Below, piece by piece: positions 18,698 to 26,032 of a stretch of DNA of 64,000 bases. Origin of the DNA: a virus; the IMG/VR virus record IMGVR_UViG_3300042398_001156, positions 11,917 through 75,916 of that record; one strand, written 5' to 3'. Under the pieces are notes generated by a model. That model saw only the letters and a list, made by a program, of their open reading frames with translations. It was not told where the DNA came from and ran no database searches. The translations under genes and the position numbers were made by a program. Each line of letters starts with the position of its first letter. The first letter of the stretch is position 1.

Positions 18698-18726
18698 AGT
18701 ATAGCATAGTAGAATTTATTTGTCAA
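18698..18726 (-). promoter_or_regulatory. Consensus sigma-A/sigma-70 promoter for the helicase operon
   Basis: TTGACA-17 bp-TATACT with extended TG. Confidence 0.8.
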
Positions 18727-18770
18727 CACATGCAACACAGAAAGTACACAGTCTGTGTAGTACATCTTGT

Positions 18771-18950
18771 TTACATTGTCAAGTAAAATATTAAACTTGC
18801 GAGTCCACCCACTGCTGCAGAAACTCCTAACACATAAAGCAGTCCTATAATAAATGGCAACCATCCAAACATGATCAGTTCATATACTGGTGTACGTTGG
18901 ACAAACAACATAAAGAATAAGGCGACACTAAATGCGACAATGAATACCAT
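18771..18950 (-). CDS. Small two-TM membrane protein (59 aa), not in ORF track
   Basis: MVFIVAFSVALFFMLFVQRTPVYELIMFGWLPFIIGLLYVLGVSAAVGGLASLIFYLTM; TAATG coupling to the upstream gene; SD AAGGAG. Confidence 0.65.
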   Translation of the reverse strand: MVFIVAFSVALFFMLFVQRTPVYELIMFGWLPFIIGLLYVLGVSAAVGGLASLIFYLTM

Positions 18951-19624
18951 TACTTTTTCTCCTTGCTGACGATGTCCGCTTCATAGAGGAAGTCGTCTGT
19001 GTCTTCGGTGACCCAAGCATGCTCTTGTTCACAGCTATACTCCTGGGTATTAATCTTCCAAGGTTTGTCTTTGTACTCCTTGGTCACGAAGCTCGGTTCA
19101 TACCAGCGTAAGATCCGGTTGTTGGGTTGCAGTGCGAACTGTCCTGTCTCCAACATGATGAAGTGATGGGACTTATGTTCTTGGGGATCTTCGGATAACG
19201 TGAAGTCCATCCCGTTGTTCTCGTTCGCTCCCCATTGGATCGTGTACAAGTAAGTCCCTTCTAACGTCGTCCGGTTTTTCATCCTGACATCGACACTAGC
19301 ATTATACACATAGTTCAAGGTCACTAAGCTAAAGACTTTAGAGAAGCAGTCCCACAACTGTAGACTATGGAACGGGTAAGTCTCCCAGACCTTTTCGTCT
19401 TCAGGGATCTTCCACGCCAAGGCAGAGATCGGTAACTTGTCCCGCATCATGCCATACTCGGTCAAGACTTGGAACAGTGCCGCCGAACCTTCGTTGCATC
19501 TGATTGAGATCAGAATTGCCTTTGTGTACTTGCCTACGTATTCAGGCGCATCAGGCTTGTCAAAAAAGAACCCATCCCGTACGTATACTTTCATTGGCGG
19601 CAAGCTTGCTTCGATGTATGCCAT
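18950..19624 (-). CDS. Conserved phage hypothetical protein (224 aa)
   Basis: MAY...LPP; LPISAL; LQLWDCFS; EHKSHH; GQFALQPNNR recalled as a widespread uncharacterised phage family. Confidence 0.7.
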   Translation of the reverse strand: MAYIEASLPPMKVYVRDGFFFDKPDAPEYVGKYTKAILISIRCNEGSAALFQVLTEYGMMRDKLPISALAWKIPEDEKVWETYPFHSLQLWDCFSKVFSLVTLNYVYNASVDVRMKNRTTLEGTYLYTIQWGANENNGMDFTLSEDPQEHKSHHFIMLETGQFALQPNNRILRWYEPSFVTKEYKDKPWKINTQEYSCEQEHAWVTEDTDDFLYEADIVSKEKK

Positions 19625-19641
19625 AGTGATCTCCTATCCGT

Positions 19642-19652
19642 AGTATAACACA
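19642..19652 (-). promoter_or_regulatory. Extended -10 promoter (TGTGtTATACT) at the start of the leftward arm
   Basis: Upstream of SD AGGAG and ATG 19624. Confidence 0.6.
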
Positions 19653-19966
19653 GGCAACACAGATATACACAACAACCTGCAGAACCTGTGCACCTGCTTC
19701 TGTGATAGCTGCCGAACTCACGCACCTGCTTCTGGTAAGACAAGCGGTCGGTTTCTGGGTTTAGTATATCATACCTTAGCCGACATCTGTCCAGGATCGA
19801 CTATGGTTGCGACTTAACGTCCTACGAAGGGCTGGCGAATTAAGGTGCCATCTCTATGTGGTAGCGCATGTAGTATAAGTAGGCACTTCCCTTGGAGTAT
19901 CCTATAGAGTGTCTATTAGATATATATAATATAGGAGGTATAAGGACTGACTGATTGTTTAAAAGA

Positions 19967-20048
19967 TATACTACTTATACTACTTATACTACTTTAGTCG
20001 TTGTAGACGGTATGTTTGCTCAAAGGCTTATACTACCTGTATACTACC
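19967..20048 (+). repeat. TATACTAC iteron-like repeats
   Basis: (TATACTACT)x3 at 19967-19993; TATACTACC at 20029 and 20040; inverted copies at 19870 and 19640. Confidence 0.75.
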
Positions 20049-20539
20049 ATTGGAGAAAAGGGCGCTAATATATATTTATATATATTATACCCCCTACAGC
20101 AATATTGCATTTAAGAACCACCCCCCCCTATACCCCTATAGGTCACCCCCCTCCCCCACATATACCATATGTACTACGACAATAGGTACACGTAAAAACG
20201 TCATGCCGCAAGGCATCTACCTCTTCTGCGCGTCAGAGCCCACATAACCCGCCAGGGCACAGCAAACTTCCAGTTTGCGATCCGTGCATCATCAGATGTT
20301 ATTAAGGCTCCCTACGTGTTATCATCCTTGGATTCATAAGTTTTTTCCGAGTACCTCTAGTTGTCATTACATATATTATGTTTCTTACCCCCCCTAATCA
20401 ATCATATCTAATCCACACCCAAGCACTTCGCTACCCGCTCAATCCGTTCTCCTCCTCCGGCCTCGCCCGGACTTGTTTTAAAAAGCACAGCACATCCTAG
20501 CCGTCAGCTACCCCCGCAAAACCAGAGGAGGGCATCATC

Positions 20540-20764
20540 ATGCCATTTTATATTCATGTTGGAGGGAAGGGTGAAACTACAAAAGTTTTCACTATTCAAG
20601 TTAAAGACCAAACTACTGGTCTTACTAATTCACTTACCTTGAGAGGTAATGTGAATTGGACAAGAGATGCAGGGAAAAATATCCTGCTCTCAATATCGAA
20701 CGCAGTCGATCCTACTTTAGGGGCACCTGCGGGCTCCTATATTTTCGGCGAAAAGAAAAAGTAG
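20540..20764 (+). CDS. First gene of the rightward arm, hypothetical (74 aa)
   Basis: SD GAGGAGG; followed by a terminator. Confidence 0.7.
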   Translation: MPFYIHVGGKGETTKVFTIQVKDQTTGLTNSLTLRGNVNWTRDAGKNILLSISNAVDPTLGAPAGSYIFGEKKK

Positions 20765-20767
20765 TTT

Positions 20768-20798
20768 GAAGGGATCTTCGGATCCCTTCCCTTTTTTT
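20768..20798 (+). terminator. Intrinsic terminator
   Basis: GAAGGGATC-TTCG-GATCCCTTC followed by CC and a T run. Confidence 0.85.
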
Positions 20799-20980
20799 AA
20801 ATCCCGAAGGGCTTTTAAATCCATTACATAGAATCTATACATAGATTCGTTTAATCACAATATGTGGGATGTTCCCACTTAGGTTTTAGTACTTTCCATA
20901 TAAAAAAGTACATATATGAACTAATAAGGTAAATTCCTTTAATAGTTCACCAAAGCTTATTGCTCTAGGAGGGGCACAAC

Positions 20981-21127
20981 ATGCGTAAAAACGCAAAGAC
21001 AAGTCGTTGGGTTTTAATACAAAATTTTGATTTAAAATCAAAGACATTCAGTACTACATTTGACAAACCTGTTTTATATGAAGTTAATACAGGTCGTATT
21101 GTTACTAAATGGCCTACAATTAAATAA
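20981..21127 (+). CDS. Small early protein (48 aa, MRKNAKTSRWVLIQNFD...), not in ORF track
   Basis: SD AGGAGG. Confidence 0.6.
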   Translation: MRKNAKTSRWVLIQNFDLKSKTFSTTFDKPVLYEVNTGRIVTKWPTIK

Positions 21128-21245
21128 TGCGGGATAGGCTGAACAACGTAAGTCCTATCTTGTGTCTATTAGCAGTTACCCTTCTGCTATAACAAAAAGG
21201 GAAACCAGGGTTGTGACCTACACAAAGCTTATCTAGGAGGATAAT

Positions 21246-21647
21246 ATGTCTAAAAAACTAAAAGAACTGTATATTGCTTTAAACAATGCAATGAATTCTG
21301 GACGTATTGATGAAGAGTATCTTCAATACATTGATCGTCTTCAAGATGAAATACAAGCATTAGAAAATCAAACACAAGAACCTATGCAACAATTATCAAT
21401 ACTATCTGTCTATCACGTTCCATCACTAGAAAAATTGTATATTAAAGTTGTTGATGTAGATGGTCCACGTTATGTTTTAGAACTTGTTGAATATAAAGAA
21501 GATGCTTCTGTGTTCAATCAAGATCAAGTCAAAGAATTACTTGAAGATTTTCGTTCACATAACAAAGACCAAGCTTACTTCTCTAATGAACTTCTTCATA
21601 CTGAAATGAAAAAAGGTCTTGTTGAATTTCACAAGGAAATATTATGA
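21246..21647 (+). CDS. Early hypothetical protein (133 aa)
   Basis: SD AGGAGG. Confidence 0.75.
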   Translation: MSKKLKELYIALNNAMNSGRIDEEYLQYIDRLQDEIQALENQTQEPMQQLSILSVYHVPSLEKLYIKVVDVDGPRYVLELVEYKEDASVFNQDQVKELLEDFRSHNKDQAYFSNELLHTEMKKGLVEFHKEIL

Positions 21648-21823
21648 CATTCGAAGAATTCTGTAAACAAGCTGAAGCATCTCCCTTCCACTGGGAGATC
21701 TTCGGCGAAATGAATGAACTTCTACATGAAGGTTATTCAGAACAACAAGCTTATACCCAAGCATTAGCTTACGGATATGACTTGGAACAAGAAGCATTAC
21801 GCTTTGAAAAAAGTCTACAATAA
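21644..21823 (+). CDS. Acidic early protein (59 aa, MTFEEFCKQAEASPFHWE...), not in ORF track
   Basis: ATGA overlap; SD AAGGA. Confidence 0.65.
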   Translation: MTFEEFCKQAEASPFHWEIFGEMNELLHEGYSEQQAYTQALAYGYDLEQEALRFEKSLQ

Positions 21824-21884
21824 CATAGTAAACTACACAGACTTTACACACCTGTGTAGTTTGCGTTTAATGAAAGGAATAATT

Positions 21885-22055
21885 ATGGAACAGACAGTGT
21901 TACTTTCTCACAATGCTATGATTCGTATAGCACAAATTCAACATGAACTTTCTGCTATAGAACAAGGATATACCGATATGCTTAATGGTAATGAAACTAT
22001 TACAGATAGACTTCTTATTTTAAGTTATGAATTATTAGACATAATTAGTAAATGA
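21885..22055 (+). CDS. Early hypothetical protein (56 aa; start revised from 21777)
   Basis: SD GAAAGGA before ATG 21885. Confidence 0.6.
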   Translation: MEQTVLLSHNAMIRIAQIQHELSAIEQGYTDMLNGNETITDRLLILSYELLDIISK

Positions 22056-22068
22056 AAGGAACTTTTAA

Positions 22069-22245
22069 ATGAAAAAGTTAGAGACTAAATACGCACATCG
22101 TAGAGAACCCGATTACGTTTTATTTGAAATCCTACAAGCATTGTTAGCTGCACGTGCAAAGATTCGTGCCAAAGATAACAAACGTTATGAAGAAAAACTT
22201 CAAACGATTATCGATGAACTCTACCAAGAGTTAAGAGGAATATAA
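22069..22245 (+). CDS. Early hypothetical protein (58 aa, MKKLETKYAHRREPDY...), not in ORF track
   Basis: SD GAAAGGA; abuts next gene. Confidence 0.65.
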   Translation: MKKLETKYAHRREPDYVLFEILQALLAARAKIRAKDNKRYEEKLQTIIDELYQELRGI

Positions 22246-22246
22246 T

Positions 22247-23023
22247 ATGTTAAGAGGAAGAGACATCATTGTATACCTTGCTATTAAATACCAAGGCGAT
22301 TGGAACGCTATCTACCAAGCAATTAAAAACAAAGAGCTTGTAGATGAACCAACAGTGCATGAAACATTAGCTAAAGAACAAGCAAAGGTAGTCACCATCA
22401 TAGATGAAGATTACCCTGAAAAACTAAAGAGGATTTATAAACCACCTTTTGTGCTTTTCTATTACGGCAAGTTAGATACATTACAATACCGAAAATCATT
22501 AGGTATCTATGCAGAAAAACTTACCGAGTATAGTTTGTCAACAGCACAAAATATTCTTGGTCAAGTCAATGCAGATACTACCATGATTATGATTAACAAT
22601 GACCAAAGTCCACTATTCAGTCGTGCTGTTGATCATAATGTAACGATACTTAATTCAAGTATTAGAGCATTACAATCAGGAGAAAAACTTGTTATGAGTG
22701 AATACCCGTCTGAAACAACTGGTACAGCTGACCTTAAAAATTGGGCAGCAAGATTGATTGTTGGCTTATCTGATGTTGTATTCTTACCAGAAACAAAAGC
22801 TAAAGTTGCTAAGATTACTGCTGGGTACTCAGCCTACTTAAATAAACAAGTAGCAATTGTACCTCAACAAGCTAATAGTAAAAACATTAGCAATCAACTC
22901 ATTCAAGAAAACATAGCCAAAGTTGTCTTGCATGGCAAAGATATCTTAGCTATGTATAACGATGTCAAAGATTCATCAGCACCACCTAACCCTGAACATC
23001 TTAAAGAGTCAGGTATAAACTAA
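22247..23023 (+). CDS. dprA: DprA/Smf-like protein (degenerate Rossmann core)
   Basis: TIIDEDYPEKLKRIYKPPFVLFYYG, VMSEYP, RLIVGLS, ITAGYS...KQVAIVP, SNQLIQE..AK are DprA motifs. Confidence 0.75.
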   Translation: MLRGRDIIVYLAIKYQGDWNAIYQAIKNKELVDEPTVHETLAKEQAKVVTIIDEDYPEKLKRIYKPPFVLFYYGKLDTLQYRKSLGIYAEKLTEYSLSTAQNILGQVNADTTMIMINNDQSPLFSRAVDHNVTILNSSIRALQSGEKLVMSEYPSETTGTADLKNWAARLIVGLSDVVFLPETKAKVAKITAGYSAYLNKQVAIVPQQANSKNISNQLIQENIAKVVLHGKDILAMYNDVKDSSAPPNPEHLKESGIN

Positions 23024-23126
23024 ATATATTGTGGTTGTGCATAAGCACCACGTAAAAGACTTAACGTACCCTTTCCCCCTAGAAATAACGGTAAGTCTTT
23101 CCACACTTAAAAACAAAGGAGCCCTT

Positions 23127-23363
23127 ATGGGTAGAAAACAAATAGACAAATGGTTTACAGTCGAAGGACGTTTCGATATTACTTTGCGAATCATGGCTAA
23201 AGATAAAGCTGAAGCCATTGCATGGGCAAAAGAAAAGTTTAACGGTAGCTTATTTCAAATCAGCACTGCTGAAATGTTACCACCTGCTGGACCACAACTT
23301 ATCATGATGGCTACAAAGAAAATTAAAAAGCCACGCCGTGACAAACATACATCTTGGGTATAA
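23127..23363 (+). CDS. Early hypothetical protein (start revised from 23031)
   Basis: SD AAAGGAG before ATG 23127; A...EAIAWA motif typical of small phage proteins. Confidence 0.6.
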   Translation: MGRKQIDKWFTVEGRFDITLRIMAKDKAEAIAWAKEKFNGSLFQISTAEMLPPAGPQLIMMATKKIKKPRRDKHTSWV

Positions 23364-23366
23364 GCT

Positions 23367-23819
23367 ATGGGCTTAGATCAAATACTTATCTCAAGTAAAC
23401 GTGGTACCGTTATTGATTGGCGTAAAGCTAATCAAATACATGGTTGGTTTGACCACCAATTAGGTGGAGTTAAAAACGTTACAAAGTACCCGGTCAAAGT
23501 CACGCAATTAGAATTCTTATTAGAAGATTGTATTCGTGTTAAAGAACATCTTATTGCAGGTGGTATGAAAGGTTTCGAAAAAGTAACAGAACGTGGTACC
23601 AAAGATGGACAACCATTCGAGAAAAAAGAAATGGTTCCTATGTTTGTTAACGTTAGTTTAGCACAAGAACTGTTACCACCTACCCCAGGATTCTTCTTCG
23701 GAGGTTATGACTTCGATGAATGGTATCTTAAACAAATAAATGAAACAATTGAAAAACTAATGCAAGTCTTATCAACAAAACAAAAAGGCGAACGATTTTA
23801 CTACGAAGCTTGGTGGTAA
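23367..23819 (+). CDS. Conserved phage hypothetical protein (150 aa)
   Basis: MGLDQ...WRKANQIHGWF...LLP..PGFFFG..DEWY...YEAWW. Confidence 0.75.
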   Translation: MGLDQILISSKRGTVIDWRKANQIHGWFDHQLGGVKNVTKYPVKVTQLEFLLEDCIRVKEHLIAGGMKGFEKVTERGTKDGQPFEKKEMVPMFVNVSLAQELLPPTPGFFFGGYDFDEWYLKQINETIEKLMQVLSTKQKGERFYYEAWW

Positions 23820-23827
23820 TTAATTCT

Positions 23828-23857
23828 TACCCCATTTAGATATAACTAAGTGGGGTA
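23828..23857 (+). terminator. Stem-loop, possible terminator
   Basis: TACCCCATTTAG-atataa-CTAAGTGGGGTA directly after a stop; weak U-tract. Confidence 0.5.
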
Positions 23858-23962
23858 TCTTCACAAAGAACTTTGGGCTGTAGCATAGGATGAGAGCTAG
23901 TCTCAATACCCTCGTAAGTCTAATCCCCCAACGATCCGGTGCAAGTCCGGTAGGAGAAACAT

Positions 23963-24124
23963 ATGGAAAAAATATTTCAATTCAATTACTTAAAAAAGTT
24001 TTTACAAAAATATCGTTCATCAAAACGTGCCGATCCAATGATGATTAAAGTCTTCGATAGTATTCTATCTGATATTGAAACAGACATTATAAGTGAAGAC
24101 TTGAAAAGGAGAAACCTTAAATGA
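23963..24124 (+). CDS. Hypothetical protein (53 aa), not in ORF track
   Basis: SD AGGAG; ATGA overlap with the next gene. Confidence 0.6.
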   Translation: MEKIFQFNYLKKFLQKYRSSKRADPMMIKVFDSILSDIETDIISEDLKRRNLK

Positions 24125-24297
24125 AATGTCATGAATGTAACAGTTCAAAGATAATGTTAGACGATCGTCCTCAACTTATTGATGGTTCATTAGTATTCAA
24201 TTACATTTGTAGTAATTGTTTACATTCAGGTGAACATCAAAAACAAGTAAGTAAAATTAAAATAACTTACGAAAATAAAAGGAGTAAGAAAAAATGA
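24121..24297 (+). CDS. Zn-ribbon protein (58 aa, MKCHECNSS...YICSNCLHS), not in ORF track
   Basis: CxxC...CxxC; SD AAGGAG; ATGA overlaps at both ends. Confidence 0.7.
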   Translation: MKCHECNSSKIMLDDRPQLIDGSLVFNYICSNCLHSGEHQKQVSKIKITYENKRSKKK

Positions 24298-24509
24298 AAC
24301 AAGATTACACCTATCTTATAGGTAAACTTATTGTCATCGTCTACATGGACGGTGAACCACATTACAATGGACGACAAGGTGTTGTCAATTACGTTGATGA
24401 CATGGGTCAACTTCATGGTACATGGGGTGGACTTGCTGTTAATCCACAAGTAGATAAGTATGTTATCTTACAACAACAAGAACAAGAAAGAGGACCAGCA
24501 CATGACTAA
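24294..24509 (+). CDS. DUF4314-like protein
   Basis: MDGEP...GRQGVVNYVDDMGQLHGTWGGLAV...DKY. Confidence 0.7.
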   Translation: MKQDYTYLIGKLIVIVYMDGEPHYNGRQGVVNYVDDMGQLHGTWGGLAVNPQVDKYVILQQQEQERGPAHD

Positions 24510-24654
24510 ATTAAACTTACAAAAACTTGTAGCTTACTTAGTAGATGAACTAAGAAATCTTGGTATGGACCCCAAGGACTTAACCTATATTCTTAGACTA
24601 CATGGTATGTCTGATGAAGACATTTTGGAATATTATGGCATCTCAAGTAACTAG
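24502..24654 (+). CDS. Hypothetical protein (50 aa; start revised)
   Basis: SD GAGGA before ATG 24502. Confidence 0.55.
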   Translation: MTKLNLQKLVAYLVDELRNLGMDPKDLTYILRLHGMSDEDILEYYGISSN

Positions 24655-24850
24655 TGAACGTATACGTGCAGTCTATAATAGACTACATAAACTTATGGTC
24701 AATGATTTATTAACCATGAATTTTGACGATCATGTTCTATACACACAGCAACTTAATAAGTTAGCTGAACTTATGAATGTTTTAATATTATTAGTCGAAC
24801 GCTTTAGTAAAGAAGAAATGTTAGACAAAAGTATCGGCATGTCCGAATAA
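24635..24850 (+). CDS. Hypothetical protein (start revised)
   Basis: ORF fills the gap; helical. Confidence 0.5.
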   Translation: MASQVTSERIRAVYNRLHKLMVNDLLTMNFDDHVLYTQQLNKLAELMNVLILLVERFSKEEMLDKSIGMSE

Positions 24851-24865
24851 AGAAAGGTATATCAA

Positions 24866-25765
24866 ATGACAACAGCAGAAATAGTACAACGTATGCGTGA
24901 TGACCTTTCAAAAGGTCTAACTAAAGTTGTATCTAACGATGGCTATCGATACTATACGGATACATTAACTCAACAAATTATTGTACCGATTACTACCCCA
25001 GATGAAACTGCCTTGCTCTATGAAAAGCTAATGATTAATACAATCAGTGCTAAACAAGATGCAAGCAAAGATTTATTCTCAACACTACCAAGAGCATCCA
25101 TGTTCGTAGGTCAACCAGATACTGGTAAGACTTATCGAGCAGAAGAAATCGCTAAACAATGTGGTATCGAACCACTGTTTAAAATGTGTAGAGATAATCT
25201 TAACCTCGAAACTTTATTCGAAGACTTTAAATTACTGGATGGTAAACCTACATTCGAAGAATCACTTGCTATTAAAATGATGAGCGATCCACAGAAGCGT
25301 AGATACATTATCATCTTAGATGAATTCAATACCCTGTTAACCGGTGTAATGAAAACATTCCAACCTATCCTTGATGATACGTCAACCACATTTGAGTATC
25401 GAGGTAAGGTCTATCATAAAAATTTTAACTGCAAATTTATTGTTACCTTAAACGATAAAGATAAAGGTATCAGTATTGTTCCCGATGCAATCTTATCACG
25501 CGTTGAACTCACGTTCTTTGAACCAGTTCCAACCAGTACAATTGCTAAGTGGACAACTGTAAATGTTGAATGGATTAATAATCTATTTAATATTTATAAA
25601 GTGTTAGGTCTTACTAACATCTTTGGTACACGCCAAGTAAAAATATTATATGGCAAACATATCGATCGTATTCGTAATCATCTCTATGGCATTTGCAAAA
25701 TGACAAAGACAGATGATAAGCTACTCGACACATTGCAAGTACAACAACTTGTAAATAAATTATAG
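24866..25765 (+). CDS. MoxR/CbbQ-type AAA+ ATPase
   Basis: GQPDTGKT Walker A; IIILDEFN Walker B; FIVTLN; DAILSR. Confidence 0.85.
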   Translation: MTTAEIVQRMRDDLSKGLTKVVSNDGYRYYTDTLTQQIIVPITTPDETALLYEKLMINTISAKQDASKDLFSTLPRASMFVGQPDTGKTYRAEEIAKQCGIEPLFKMCRDNLNLETLFEDFKLLDGKPTFEESLAIKMMSDPQKRRYIIILDEFNTLLTGVMKTFQPILDDTSTTFEYRGKVYHKNFNCKFIVTLNDKDKGISIVPDAILSRVELTFFEPVPTSTIAKWTTVNVEWINNLFNIYKVLGLTNIFGTRQVKILYGKHIDRIRNHLYGICKMTKTDDKLLDTLQVQQLVNKL

Positions 25766-25777
25766 AAAGGAATAGTC

Positions 25778-26032
25778 ATGGACTTTGAATTATTTTATCC
25801 CATCACTCAAGAAGAATACGAAAGTATTCAACGCGACCAATGTAACGGTGTTATTAAATACACAATTAAAAAGCCATTAGAACGATCAGATCTTAAAGAT
25901 CTAAATAAAATCATGGCTGTCTGTGGTGTCAACGATACCTATAGACACATTGGATACATAGACTTATGGGATGTATGGCAATCCGAAGACAAGTTATACT
26001 TAAGACACAGAGTCCTTGACTCAACCGATTAA
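25778..26032 (+). CDS. Hypothetical protein (84 aa)
   Basis: SD GAAAGGA. Confidence 0.6.
   Translation: MDFELFYPITQEEYESIQRDQCNGVIKYTIKKPLERSDLKDLNKIMAVCGVNDTYRHIGYIDLWDVWQSEDKLYLRHRVLDSTD

Noticed and set aside
18658-18864. 68-aa ORF from the track
   Set aside because: Runs across a consensus promoter; the alternative frame 18771-18950 has an SD and translational coupling
19967-20048. CRISPR array
   Set aside because: Repeats are 8-9 bp with no unique spacers; the Cas4-like gene sits in a replication/recombination operon
20050-20247. 65-aa ORF in the control region
   Set aside because: Translates low-complexity TA and C tracts; no convincing SD
23870-23955. tRNA gene or cobalamin/FMN riboswitch
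   Set aside because: A T-loop-like hairpin is present, but there is no matching acceptor stem/CCA or riboswitch core
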